Source: Eukaryota sp. GEM-RC1 (lineage: Eukaryota). From it: a stretch of 64,000 nt of DNA. A program made the position numbers and the translations under genes. The notes beneath the pieces are model-generated. The model had not been told where the DNA came from and did not search any database. It saw only the letters and a program-made list of their open reading frames with translations. The DNA lies in the NCBI GenBank assembly GCA_040285855.1, contig JAUFOQ010000002.1:1054001-1118000 (forward strand). The letters run 5' to 3'. Each line of letters begins with the position of its first letter. The stretch's first letter is position 1. This document shows positions 36,201 through 49,289 of this stretch, piece by piece.

Positions 36201-39198
36201 GCCTTCAGTTATTACAGAAGTTCTAGCAGGAAGATACAAACAAGCACTGGTTTCTCTCCCAGGAGGTAAAACAATAGCCATGGATCTTGCTAAACTTCCT
36301 GATGAAGGTGTTGACACCTCTGTCGATGGCCGTGAGGGGCCAGCCGTCTCCATGTCAGACTTCTCAGACTCCGTGGTCGAGAACGAGTCTTGTTCTTACG
36401 TTGGACCTGCTGCAATTGATAACCTTGAACACTGGGGTGGTACAGGGCCTGAAGACTGTGGGGTGGAGCCAGTTTATAAGGACCATGGACAGTCGGAAGA
36501 GTTACGGCGGAAGGAGATTCAGTTGTTGAATCTGGGTAGAATTAAGAGAATTCGAAAGTTTACACGACTTCTTGTTCTCTTGTTAGTTGTTCTATTCTCT
36601 GCAATGGCTGTTCTTATTGCTTTCCCTTCGAGTTTACTTACTCCTTCAATTGATTTCTCAAACTCTTTTCTGAATATTGGTCAAGATCCCCTATCTAGAC
36701 CAGGTCATCCGTCTATGGTATTTGATGCGAATTCATTATTCCATCAAAAAGAGGTTAACGTGATTCTATCAAAAATGATTGGTATGGGAGAGTTTTCATC
36801 TTTTTCTCAATCATTGTATCAAAGTGTAATTCAACCTCAAAAATTCATCTTTGCGAATAATTCCAAATACTCTAGTAATCTTGATGAACTTAACATTGCT
36901 TTTCAAGGTCTCAATTCCTTTAAAACTACTTTGACCTCCAGTACTTTATCTTCCTTAGTTTCTAAGATATTTGGTCTCTCTGCTTTTCATTTAGTCAATG
37001 ATGAGGCTAGTCGTTTGTTTTCAAATCTAGCTGAAGATGTTTTGGCTGTGTTTGTTAGATTGTGCCAGTCACTCAAGGTTTCATTGGTTTTGAAATCAAA
37101 TTTGATTGATTCATCGATCAGCGAACAAGTTTCTGCTCTTGATGTCGGTGAGTATGGCTCATTAATGACTTCTTTAGAAGATTTCGAGTGGGATTTTAAA
37201 AATGAATATTTCTATCGCCGTGACGTCACCAATTATCCTGAAAGAATGGTCTATTCCAAACGATCTTCTGACCTTTCCAAAAGTTACGAAGCTATTTCTG
37301 AGCTGTCCACGTCATTAGTTACAGATTTAAAAATTTTAGACGAATTCAAGTCAATTTCGTCTTCTCTCTCCTCTTTATTCTCTCTTTTGGAAGAGTCTTC
37401 CACGGCCACCTCTGACAATCTCTGTTCCAGGTACACCTTCTCAGTAGATCTCTCATTTGTAACTTTAGCATCGTCAATTCTTTTAGTCGTATTCAGCATT
37501 CCCTTGTTTATTCAAATTCTACAGCACGTGCCTATTCTGACCGCTGGTCCTGGTTGTAATCACGTGTCAGTCTTCAAGATTCTTCAAAAACAGAAATCCA
37601 TTAGACTATCTGTTTTTCTATTCCTTTGGGGTCTTTAATTTGTTTCTTCGTTGTATTAGCACTTTCTGGACTTTTTCTGTTTAGACAACGAAATTCTTGT
37701 TTCTTGAATAACGAAGACTCGAATCATCGACAACTATCAGATTTGATTGTTGAACTGGACTCTGTGTCACGGAATATTGCCGGATTGAACTTCTACAGTC
37801 ATTTGTACATCACAAGAACCATTCATACACCTTTAGCTGATTCTGTCATTACCTCCTATCAAAATCTCCAAAAATCATTAAAATATTTGAGTGATTTTAA
37901 ATTTGTTGATGATTCAGTTTCCTCTTTTGTAAGCCACTCATTTGATCATATTCAGTCTAAACTTGATGTTATTGTACCAAGACTCGATGCTCTGTCGAAA
38001 TTGCTGTTTGCGGGATCTTATTTGTACACTGAACATCGACTTCCTCATGTAATTAAAAGATTTGATGATTTAAATTTTGATTATGATTTTTCCCTTCCCC
38101 AGTACAAATCACTTTTCTACGACCTGCCTGAATCACTGCACCCTATTTTCACTAGTCGAGCTCACGATTTCAATCAATCGAGTACATTCAAACATGAACT
38201 GATTGATGACGTCATCACTGGTGGCTGGTCGTCATTTTTAAATCAATTTTTACTATTTGAAATGAACTCTATCAGTTCCCTTTCTTCTACAATCTTTCCC
38301 CATGTAGTTTCCTCTCTAGCATCAAACCTAATTACACAAACCCTTATCATTCTGTCTCTTCTTTTTGTTGGTTTCCTCCCCTTAATACTGGTTCTATTGT
38401 TTGTTTCATTCAGAATCTACCCTGATTACTATGTAAAGCCAGCCTTTTCACTCTGGAGATATGCAGTGTGGGTCAAATCATTACGTTCAATCAAGTTTAT
38501 TCTTGGATTACTATGTTCTATTCTGATTGGGGTCTACTTTATATTCATGTACTTCTCTTTACGGAAGGAGTTATCACCTGAAGCTCAATCCAACGTGTCA
38601 GTTTTATTAAACACGTTGTATACTGATTCGAATTTAGCTCTTGGTATTGCTCTTAATTCTAATAAGCTGCACAATCTACCTTCCAGTACTTTTATGTTTT
38701 CTTTTTCCTCTTCGATTCAAAGCCTTACCTCTTCGTATGAAACTCTTCTCAGTGGGGGATTCTTTAATTTGGAGAATGATTCGCCCTTATTACCGTTGTT
38801 TTATCCACAGAACCAGGATTTTTTTTTACAAATTGGAAATTGCTTTCCATGAATTTATTACATTATCAAATGATTGTTTCTCTCAACCTGATTCCTGCAA
38901 TCGTAACGTCATTGTTGGAGCTCACTCAGAATTAGTGAAGAATCTTGATTATTTGATGGATTTAACTCTAGAATACTTTGCCCAAGCTCGGCAAGATGCT
39001 TTTACTACTGTTGTTTCTGTTTTCATTACCTCAATTTTTGTAATTTTAATTGTCTATGTTTTAAGCAACAAGTTTATATGGTCAACAATCTTTAGTGAGC
39101 ATAAGTTCAATAAGTTACTTCTCTCGGTGGTTCCAATTCAGGTCTTTTCTCAAGTACCTACCTTGACTCTTCTTTCGTTTTTAATATCAGACAAATAA
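33277..39198 (+). CDS. TmcB/TmcC-like large multi-pass membrane protein, paralogue 2 (two frameshifts)
   Basis: Same architecture as 16054-21297, including 'FWLSI...LKLYAAFLSDV..EDHLG'. Frame breaks at about 37626 and 38820 fall in T-runs. Confidence 0.72.
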
Positions 39199-40971
39199 TA
39201 TTATTTGTACACTAGTTTATTGATCATGTATAAAATAGCACAAAAATATTCTACACGTGCTGTTTGATTAGTAGGGATAGCCATGGTTCTGAAAATTCGA
39301 ACCAACCATATGGCTGCAATTTTTATGCATCACTTTCCAATAAAATGATTTCGTACATTTATTCGTGCCATAAAACGCGATTTTACACCGGGGGTATTAC
39401 AACTGGAAGGTGTCTTGGTGCACTATCACACATACTAGTACTTCAGTTTTGAGGAACAACTATGCAACAAGAGCCTCCATGCAATCAGATGATACAACAT
39501 TAGTATGTAGTCCTAGTTCAAATATTCTGTCAACTTAATAGTACATATACTAGTATGTCTTCTTTATTTTGTGCCTTAAACAGGCTTCAGCAATGCGAAC
39601 TAAAAGAGGCTAAACTAAAATAAACTAAATAATACTAAATCAATTCAAACTTGCAAATAATAGTGGTGCTGACAATAATAATTGACAATAGACAGAAAAG
39701 AAGGCGTAATAGGAAGTGGTCTCATTACCGACTTCAAAAGTCTATATTATGTTTTCAGGCAATGTTGTGTGTAAAGATGTCGATCTAGACATTTTCGTCC
39801 TGGAAGGTGATTTATGTAAAGGAATAGCTGCACTTTCACTCTCAATTTCAAATTATAGATGTGGTTGCTGCTTGTTGTTACTTGAAAATGTGAAATGTCG
39901 AACTGTTCAAAATTTATTCCAATCAACACGCCAATTATAGTTGACTATCATATCTGTTTGATGCACACGTGAAATACTCGTTGCACTGTCTTACGTGAGT
40001 TATTGAGTTTAAAGATTCTTTCAAGAGGTTTAACAGATCGTATTTAAAGAGTAGATCATCCATTTTTTTCTACGATAGCATACATGTAGGTAAATGTACA
40101 TGTTGATATCATTTGCCTAAGCTGTATGGTGGTCACCATTTGTGGGAATTTGTAGTTTGTTTTTTTGTTGGTTTTAGCACTCCAGTTTATATTTAGTTTC
40201 TTGATGTGTGGATGCTGTATTTACAGCAAAATGACATCCACAGTTCAAAAGATCGTTGATGGAGAAACCTTCTTTTGGTTCAGTTCCAGTATCACCAACA
40301 GCGAAGTGACTCTGGTAAATTCCAAAGAAAAACTTGGTCTACTACTTCTATACTGTCTTTACTGATTTGACAACTATTCGACCAACATCTAAAGAGGTCC
40401 ACAGAGAACAATTGTCGCTCACTTCACCGTTAATTTGACTGTACTGCGAGTCTGACTTGGTTGTCAGTATTCATTGATGACAAGTGAAAAAATTGCGAGG
40501 ATGGTCATAAGAACAGTGAACATATTCGAAATTACAGATTACAGAACGTAACACATTAAGGAACATCGATACAAGTCTTCCAATTTAGAACAAACTAGTA
40601 CTAGTTTGACTGATAGACATGTGACAAGAAAGTATCGATCCAGTACTTACAACAAAATTGATACCTTCTTTTGATGAAGGGGAATTGACAACGTTGAACA
40701 ATCTAGGTGCATGTGTGGAAACTGAAACTTAATTGCTTGAGTCCAATTATAGAAAGTCGAAAAGTCGACTTTTCCACTGTCATGTGTTTGTGTCTTAAAC
40801 CGCGTATCCGTACTTCTGATTACCAGCAACTAAAACCTGAGTTGCAGACTGGTTTGATCTTGTTCTTTCCCTTATCACAGGCGATCTTGTGCTCTGGAGT
40901 CACTTTGGAAAAGATATGATTCAATTGGTCTTGTTTATATTATCCGCATCAACAGACTACAGAAACTTCAT

Positions 40972-42147
40972 ATGCTTTTGGAGCTGAGCCACGTTGATAG
41001 TGAACTTACTCTCATTTCTTCAAGTTTAACCACTCGTTTCACCCACACTCCTGAAAAGCTGGCTTCTCCTGTGCAATGCATGGGTATTCGCCGAGTTGTT
41101 ACCACCCGTAGCAAAAAGTTTGAATCCTCATTTCTTGACAAAATCGATTCTCTTGTTGATGACTCTACACAAGATGATTGGAATGCATCTCTAAAGAAGG
41201 CACTGGCATCATCGGATGACCCCATCAGTCTCCTCGCTGACAAAATGTTTGAAATCATCTCTGATATCTATTCTACCGCCAACCTTACTCTCACTACATC
41301 CCTCAAACAAATCCTCAGCAACTCTCGAGTCCGACTTACTGATCTCGAGATCATGGCTCCTCTTCCAGTTGACGTTGCTTTCTTCACCCGCCGTTTCGAT
41401 CAACCTGACGAACCTGACATTGATCACTGTGATCGTGTTGAACCCTTCACTCCTTCTATGTCTCAACGATACCATTCCTATGAGGATCTTGCTGAGGAGC
41501 TTCATACTGGTGATGTAGTTCTTCTTCGGTCTAAAACCATTGCTGGAGCTATCATCCGCATTGGAAGTAACTCAGAATGGTCTCATGTAGGTCTAGTAAT
41601 TAATCCCAAAGACTGCTCTGATTCTGATTCTTCCGCTCCCAAACATTTGCTCTTATTCGAATCTTCTACTAATCGACTTTCTCAACGATCCTTTGTTACT
41701 GGAAATGCTTTCTATGGTGTGTCAATAGTATCATTAAGACCTAAGATCTTTTCATCTATTTATACCTATGGAGCCGTAGCTAAACTTCAAGGTAATGTCG
41801 ATAGACAGAAGTTATTAGAAGTAATTCTTGATGTTAAACAAGATTTATTTGGCCGTCCTTATGAACAATCAATGCTTCAACTCGTACGATCAATCTTTGG
41901 TGATTCTGGAATTCTACGAAACAGAAAGGTTGACTTGTCATCAGTTTTCTGTTCAGAACTTGTTGCAGAGGTGTTCCAACGTGCTGGTTTACTTTCGAAA
42001 GTTCGACCTTCGAGTTCCTTTGTTCCAGAAGACTTTGTTCCTGATAGAGAAATTGATTGGCTTGGTGACGTTTCGTTGGGAGATTTGAAATATATTGATG
42101 GATTATCAAAAGCTAACAAATCTGGAGGATATGCATTTGACTTCTAG
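40972..42147 (+). CDS. permuted papain-like amidase (NlpC/P60 superfamily, YiiX/YaeF type)
   Basis: 'TGDVVLL', catalytic His in 'WSHVG', 'GRPY' and catalytic Cys in 'FCSELV'. The start could instead be the ATG at 41080. Confidence 0.85.
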   Translation: MLLELSHVDSELTLISSSLTTRFTHTPEKLASPVQCMGIRRVVTTRSKKFESSFLDKIDSLVDDSTQDDWNASLKKALASSDDPISLLADKMFEIISDIYSTANLTLTTSLKQILSNSRVRLTDLEIMAPLPVDVAFFTRRFDQPDEPDIDHCDRVEPFTPSMSQRYHSYEDLAEELHTGDVVLLRSKTIAGAIIRIGSNSEWSHVGLVINPKDCSDSDSSAPKHLLLFESSTNRLSQRSFVTGNAFYGVSIVSLRPKIFSSIYTYGAVAKLQGNVDRQKLLEVILDVKQDLFGRPYEQSMLQLVRSIFGDSGILRNRKVDLSSVFCSELVAEVFQRAGLLSKVRPSSSFVPEDFVPDREIDWLGDVSLGDLKYIDGLSKANKSGGYAFDF

Positions 42148-42246
42148 ATCCTGCACTGTACAAAAATGTGAATAATAAATTATTTTTCAAAACATATGTA
42201 AATGATCAGAATGGAAATTCTTCATCAACATCTAAATCAGCAACAA

Positions 42247-43360
42247 TTAAAAGACTTTCCAACAATTACTAAAATCTCCGAGTAGAAGGGCCACATCATC
42301 AATCGTCATTGAGCTGACTTTTTCAGAAAGATTAGGGTTTTTAGAACCATTGTTGAAGATACCATTACTTAATAGACAAGAAGACCAAGGTTGAGATTTA
42401 ATCTTTTTAACTTTGATGATACACAACTCATTGAATTCAAACGACTTCTTCCATGACGACAGATCAACAGAAATAGCTTCTGGAAAGTGTACGATTGCCC
42501 CTGATGTTGAGGTCTTTATGATGAGAGACCTTGATTGAAAAGAGACCTTTACCTCATGGTCTGCATCAATATTGAAATAGAGCAGACAGTGAGAAGAAGA
42601 ATCCATCCAGAAGTAAGAAAAAAGACTCAAACGAAGCAAATCTTCTTCAACAACTTTAGACTGTTGTTCAAGAGAAAAGTTGTCCTCAGTAGCAGTAAAG
42701 TTCTGAGGAGCCTCAACTGAAGAAACTTCCTCTTCTAAAGGAGAAGTTTCTCCATTAGTTCTCCTCTTTTAAAGGAGGGGGAGCAGGAACAGACTCAACT
42801 TCTTCATCACTGTCAATTTCAACAACTGTTGGTTTGTTTGGCTTATGCTGCTCATGTGAAAGGTCGATTCCAAAATCAATTCGTACAATGTTCTTTAATT
42901 TAGAGTGAAGACTAATACTGGGAGAGGACTGCTTAACCTGAACAGGAAGAAGAACAGATGTAGAGTACTTTGAGCAAGAGACCACAATCTGATGAGGGTT
43001 AACGTCATCAAAGACAACAGAAATTGCATTGAGAGCAGCCATAGCAGATTTAGAAGTAGGGTATTCTAAGCGAAGAGAAATTCCCTTGTATTGAATGTGT
43101 GGTAAGTCAGAAGTAAGAAGATGGTTGGAGAATTCTAGAGGTGAGATGTAAACAAAGGAGAAGGGAAGTTCCGATTTAACAACAGGTGGTGCTTGTGATG
43201 CAGATAAAGACTCCATGTTATTGAGAAGATCCTCTTGTTGTTTTCGAACTTTTGGGTCACTGATGTCCTTAGCATAGTCAATGAAGAGTTTCTTAAAGTC
43301 ATCATTAGTTTCAAGCAGAGAGAGAAAGCGATTTTGTTCTTCTGCAGAGAGGGCATCCAT
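42247..43360 (-). CDS. kintoun/DNAAF2 (PF13)-like dynein assembly factor, shortened
   Basis: The N-terminus 'LSAEEQNRF..L..DDFKKLFIDYAKDISDP..RKQ.E..L..ME' matches the kintoun N-terminal motif, followed by CS-like domains. Frameshift at about 42765. Confidence 0.7.
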
Positions 43361-43420
43361 TGAATTTGAGACAAGAAAAACTTCATCCAAAACAACTCAA
43401 CTAGAAAAGCTTCCCAAAAT

Positions 43421-45167
43421 ATGTCAACTCCGAAATTCTGGCTTAGTGCTTGGGATGATCCCCTAGCTTCAGTTCAAGCTTACTCTCCTCAAATTGCACT
43501 TTCTGATGCTGGAACTTCTGGTGAAGGCGTGCTTCTACTATCTGATTTGGCACAGCGTCTACTCATATACAAAGGAACTTCCTTACTTGGTGAGAACTCC
43601 CTCCCCCAAGTTCCTTGTGCTCTTGTCTCTTTCAGAATGTTTCAATCCTCATCTCCCTGTGTTGCTGTTGCCACTGGATCTTCTGTCTTTGTTTATAAAA
43701 TTGTTTTAGGATCCAGTCCTTTCCGTCCCTATGCCTGCTGGAAGCTTCCTCCTTTGGAAACTGATAGCAGGGAAGTTTCTGTCTGGCAGAGTATGATTAG
43801 AGGAGATGTGTCCATTGAAAAGTCTGTTAAATCGCTAGCTGAACTTCGCTCTCTTGGTGTTGATCTTACTTCGGAATCAATGTCTTTACTTTCTCTTTCT
43901 CATGTTTCTGCTCAGACTGCTTATGTTAAAGGTCTCATGGCTAAATCAAAATCTGACCTTCCTTTTCAATCTCGGAGGACTGTAATCACTGCTTTAACTT
44001 GCCTCCCGAAACAGTCAAGTCCTGATTCAGAAGAGCTCTTGGTTGTGGCAACCGAGGATGAACGATTATTTATTCTAAATAAGACTGTTACGGGGGTTGT
44101 GGAATCTTTTTCTATTGGTGAGATTGCCACGAGGATCTCAGTGTTTGGGTGTCACGATGCAGAGTTTCGACTGGTAATAGCAAGTAGGGATGGCAAACTT
44201 ATATTTGTGAAAAATTCCAAAGTTTTATCAAATATTAAAAATTTCGATCAAACTCTATCAGATGTCTGTATCTCAAATCAATCAGTTTTCTGTTCCACCT
44301 GCAATGTCCATTCAAGTAAGCTGTATAGCTATTCTCTCAAAGGAAAACGTCAGTTCTGCTTGACAATCCCTGCAGTTGCTACCTGTATAGAAGGAGTTTA
44401 CATACCTACTGCCAAGACCGGGCCTTTCATTGGTTGTTTAGTCTCTTGTAGCAATGGGTTTCTCTACTTGTACGATGACAATGGTTCCTTGGTTTCTAGC
44501 TCAGAGGTATCTGGTGTAGTCACTGGGATGAGCTTTGGACTTTATGGAAGAGAACCGAATACTCTGGTTTTAGTGAAGAAAAGTGGGGGGATTAGCATTC
44601 TGATACTTAATAGGCTAGCTTCCTTGAAGTCTCAGAGTAATACCATCAAACATGTTGAAGAACAAGATACTGAGATCGATTTACCCCAAAAGACTAAGTG
44701 CTTCTTTGATTTTGCTGATAGAGAGCGATCTTGTTATGATGACGTGTTCAAAGTATTTCAACGGGATTTACTTAAACTTCGACATGCTACAGTTAAGAAG
44801 TTTGTTGGAGCATTAGCTTCTTCAGGAAGTCAAGGTTGTCGTCATTTACGATTAAACTGCAGTATTTCTGGTCTTGGTCCTAGATATTCTGTTAATGGTT
44901 TCATTGACAATGTGGCCTTTAACGGGAGTTCTCTAATCTACGTAAACCTAATAGTTCCCAAAGGACTTGTTTGTCATAACCCTGTATACAAGGTTTCACT
45001 TCCCTCACAGGTTTCACGTCCTTTTCATTTCACTATTGTCTCAGATACTAGAGTTGATGGATTTGAACTAGGATCATATGGTGATGTGCGGGTGGAGGTA
45101 GTTTGTAGTAAGAGGGGGGGTGGTAGCGGGGAATGTGCTTTCTGTACCAATGATGGACGTTGTCTAG
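43421..45167 (+). CDS. BBS1: BBSome subunit BBS1
   Basis: 'WLSAWDDPLA...IALSD..G.GE..L', 'FGLYGREPNTL', 'EEQD..IDLPQKTK.F....DRER' and 'FQRDL.KLR'. Frameshift in the G-run at about 45117. Confidence 0.92.
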
Positions 45168-45443
45168 GCTGATCTCTATTTGATTTCTTGATTGAATTTG
45201 TAATTGTATTTAATTTTTTTGTTGTACTTATTTTTGTATTATCATCTTGTTGTTTTTGCATCAAACTGGTTCATGGTTAAACGGATTATACCTCCAATAT
45301 TTTATCTGGATATTTGAAAAGAATAGTTCTATTTCAAAAAGGTGTTTGACAATGCAAAGTTCAACACCAATATACAAGTTTTTTCACACATTAATCCCAG
45401 CAAAATTCAATTAAACCAAACTAAAAAGTTCTTCCTTAACACA

Positions 45444-46512
45444 CTACACCCGCAGTGCTTGCATTTGATTACCAAAAGTGATTGCAATCCAATCAGTATG
45501 AGCCGTCGACCAATCCAAATACTCAATCGGCGAAGGAGCTCCATAAGCCAACATAGGATCGTCAACAGTGTTTGGAAGTGGTGACAAATCCCAAATAAAT
45601 GTAAACTTATCATCTGAACCAGTAGAAATATGACAACTCGAATGAGGAGCCCAACACAATGCATTAACACATAGGGAATGTCCAGGCAGTTCCACCACAG
45701 GGATGGAGGGCATCCTAATGTCTAAGACAATAGTAGAACAAGAGTCCTGGGCTATAGTGGCAAGGTAGTTGGGATCCTGTTTGTTCCAAGCTAGGCGTAG
45801 AAGGGGGGTGTTTGTAGTCTCGTAAATGATAGTGGAGTGTCCAAGAGCTCGGAGATCAAACATTCTGACGGAGCCGTCTGCTCCAACTGAAGCGAAGAGG
45901 TCGGGAGATCGAGCAAAAGCAATGTCAAAAACTTCTTTATCATGAGCAATTAGTTGAGTTCGTAGCTGTTTAGTGTTGAGATCCCATATGGAACAAGTGG
46001 TGTCGATAGAAGAAGTACCTAAAATGTTAGGAGCTGATTCGTTCCAGTCAAATGAAGTAAGAGGCGCGCAGAAAGAGGAGGATTTATTCTAGGATTAGAT
46101 TGGAGAAAGACAAACCCCATTTAGAAGACAGAGTTGTTCTGTAGTGATTTTGTCGTCTTCCGTAATGACTTTATTGACTCTGAGGTAGTCTCCGGAGGTT
46201 GCAAGGTATTCTACGGAGGCAGTTGAAGAGGATTGAGAAGCAAATGTGTTAGGAGGACCCCACATTACTTTAGTAGCAGGGTAAGGATGTTGAATGACTG
46301 CAGCTTTAGCAAAACTGGTGTAAGCATGTAGCAAGGGACATACTCTTGTTTGTGGTTATCAAACTGAACAATTTGTATATCATTGCTGTAATCTTCAACA
46401 AAGAAGAAACTGCTAACCGTAAAGGACCGGCAGCAGAAGAGGACCATGCACATCCATAGATTTGACGATCAGAGCGATAAGTATAGATTTCTTTGTCACT
46501 TTCTTCAGACAT
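45444..46512 (-). CDS. DCAF7: WD40 protein DCAF7/WDR68/AN11; two introns
   Basis: 'HPYPATKVMW', 'LATSGDYLR', 'CAPLTSFDWN', 'QLIAHDKEVFD' and 'PLLRLAWNKQDPNY'. Introns at 46315-46343 (29 nt) and 46089-46115 (27 nt). Frameshift at about 46400. Confidence 0.96.
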
Positions 46513-46556
46513 TTGGGTGTAAAGTTTCAGGGGGGAAAGTTGCTAACTACCAGAAA

Positions 46557-47605
46557 ATGTCTCATCTGGATTTGCCTAGTTTGATACTCCAGGCTCCCAC
46601 TTCTCCTAAAGACCTTGTTTGTCGGGATACTGAGCGCTGTCAGATTCTTGATGCATTTACTTCCTTCCTCAAAAGCAATACTGGCCTTGTCTCCTTCTTA
46701 ACTGGAATTCCCGGAACTGGAAAAACAGCACTAGTTCAGTCTCTTCTACCCAAGTTTAAACAGTCTATCCGTAATAATGTTTACTTCTACAATGTCCTTA
46801 CTTCTACGATCTTTTTAAACATAACTATACCTGAGAACTCCGTCGTCGTTATTGATGAAGCTGACCACCTAGTAACCAATCAATTTCGTCTTTTTGAGAA
46901 GTTCCTCCAACGAATCAGTCTCCGTCACGTGTTTTTAATCGTCATCAGTAACGACCTTTTGTTTTCCTCTACTTTTGAACATCTCACTTCTCTTTCTATC
47001 AAATTTCCAGCATATTCCACTGACCAATTGTCAGCAATTCTAGATAAGAGACTCTCATCACTCCCAAATTCTTCCTCTTTATTCAAGGATAAAGACTCTT
47101 GTGTTAGAATTCTTTGTGAAACGTGTGATGGTGACGTACGCAAAGCCCTACTCAAGATATCTAGAATTTTAAGTCTTTTAACTGATTCAAAAATGCTGAT
47201 ATCTCCATCAGATTTCCTTGGTGATTCTGGTCTTGTTTCAGAAATGGAAGCACTCCCTCCAATTGCGAAGTTGTTCTTCTTCTGTACATGCTCCTTATTT
47301 GAGATCGATACCGAAGTGACTTCAACCCGTTTGGAGTTTGTTTTTCAGAAGATTGCTACTAAAATGTATAGGAGTTTGCCCCCTTCAACTTCTTTTTCGA
47401 GTTTGTTGCATAATTTGGAAGGTCGAGGACTGATAGTTGAGAAGCAGAAACTTGGGAAAAGAGGAGAAGTTCAAAGAAATCCAAGAGTTCGACTGTAATT
47501 GATCTCAAAGTGGCAGTTGATGACGTGATGGCTATGGATGATTGTGATATTGAGATGTATCAAAGTGTTTTAAACCAAGTCACGGATTTGCTGAAGACTA
47601 TGTAG
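46557..47605 (+). CDS. Orc1/Cdc6-family AAA+ ATPase with winged helix
   Basis: Walker A 'GIPGTGKT', Walker B 'VVVIDEAD', 'FPAYS.DQL..IL..R' and sensor II 'GDVRKAL'. A frameshift at about 47458 extends the frame to TAG 47605. Confidence 0.82.
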
Positions 47606-48180
47606 AATTTTTAGTTTTGATAGTTTGTTTATTGTTTAGTGTCTACAATTTACAGTAGTTTTTTTTTTCAAAAAATGTTTATTTTATTGGGTTTTAGCCT
47701 ATTTTCTAAAGTTCATTGTCCATTTTTCCTCAACTAGAAATTAATTTGCCCAAATCTATACTTCACAAGCAGTGTTTGATAAATTTGGCTTGGCAATTCA
47801 CTACTCCATGGTTCTAGTATCAGTATTTACACTGTAAGTAAACACAATTTGTATACGGTTCTCAAATCTTAAGTATTGTTTGTACATACTAATAACAGCT
47901 CTGTTCTAATTAATAGAAGCTACTGCATCACACTTAAAATGTCAACAACACCGTTATACACAGCAACATTTTCGACAACATACTGGTAACTTTTTAGATA
48001 CTTGGGAAAAAAAGACCAACCTAATCCTTGTAGACTTACACAATTAGAACAACAACACACTCACTTTGTACAGATGACTATATTGGTCCATACAAGTGGT
48101 TATCAGTTCTGAAGCAAACCATGCAGGCAACTTTTACACTTTTACACTTCCCAAAACCTTCCTTGATAACTTTCCCCTAA

Positions 48181-48673
48181 ATGACTTTTGCTGAAAGCTC
48201 TGAATCTGTTGAAAATGTCAATGAACTTCAAATGGGAACTGCTTTCACTTATCCCAATGCTTTGGCGTTATCTAATGTCGAAGTAGCCTCTCTTTTCCAC
48301 AGCAGGTTTGAAAAGCATCAGAAAATCATAGAAGACAACCCTAGCGGTTCTCACCTACCGCAGTATGTCAGACCAAATTCGTCTGTCGTCTTATCATAGC
48401 TTGTTTAATGATGCAATGTTGTATGCTGATCGATTTGCTGGAGTTGATACACACCATCTTTCTTCAATTCAACATTTCCGAAGGTTTGACTTTAGTTCTT
48501 CTCACGACAGCACTTTGCTCACACGACAGTTTGACCCATATGAAATTGCTTCTCTAATTAACCTTCAACCAGACACAATTGAGGAAGCTCTGGATTTACT
48601 GCCTTCGTTGGCTAGATTTCAACATTTTGAAATAGACGAGGCACTAACGGAACTTCGTAATGCTATTTCATAG
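48181..48673 (+). CDS. RPB4: RNA polymerase II subunit RPB4; two introns
   Basis: 'LQMG..F..ALALSNVEV' and 'YEIASLINLQPDTIEEALDLLPSL'. Introns at 48363-48399 (37 nt) and probably 48484-48510 (27 nt). Confidence 0.9.
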
Positions 48674-48854
48674 TTTTCATTGTTGGACTGAAGAAATCAC
48701 GTATTTATACACCCTTAGTACATCCCTGTATTCGGGATTGGTATGTTGGTACACATTTTTCCTATGTGGACTATCATAAATGTAATAAAGACCACAAATC
48801 TGGTTGTTTCATGTGACTCTAAGTCAGACATCAATGATGGAAATAGATAAGTTG

Positions 48855-49058
48855 TTATAAATTAGGGTCCTTGTAAGAGTTCTCGTTTTGCATTTTCATG
48901 ATCTCCTCCTGGATGAATGGTATACTTGAAGGGTATACAATGACATGAGTTGAATCCACATCTTTAACAACGAACAACTTTTCTTGATTCAAAAACATGA
49001 TGAACTCCTTTATAGCTGGATCACATGTAAGTAGGCATCCAGACAGACTTCTAACCAT
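48855..49058 (-). CDS. GTF2H5: TFIIH subunit p8/Tfb5
   Basis: 'MVRSLSGCLLTCDPAIKEFI..LN...FVVKDVDSTHV'. Confidence 0.93.
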   Translation of the reverse strand: MVRSLSGCLLTCDPAIKEFIMFLNQEKLFVVKDVDSTHVIVYPSSIPFIQEEIMKMQNENSYKDPNL

Positions 49059-49289
49059 GTGTGAAACTGAAAGGAATGAATCTTCTGATGCTGGTACTGT
49101 AGAATTGTCAGACTGGAATTTCTACTAAACTGATCTTCACAGGCATTGATCCTACACAAATTTGTGTTGCATATAATGTACTTATAGTAAACCAATACTC
49201 ACAGATCAGGAGAGTTATATATAATATTTATTATGGTCACAAAGTGTTTGGTCTTTCTTTTGATAGTACAGGAAAAAAATGTTTACAGG

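Noticed and set aside
39268..40200. TAGGGATAGCCATGG as another hAT left end
   Set aside because: No matching right TIR, TSD or subterminal array was found.
49060..49185. Possible snRNA/snoRNA between TFB5 and Ras (hairpins, AATTTGTG Sm-like site)
   Set aside because: No diagnostic U1/U2/U4/U5 motifs occur in the right order. An Infernal search would be needed.
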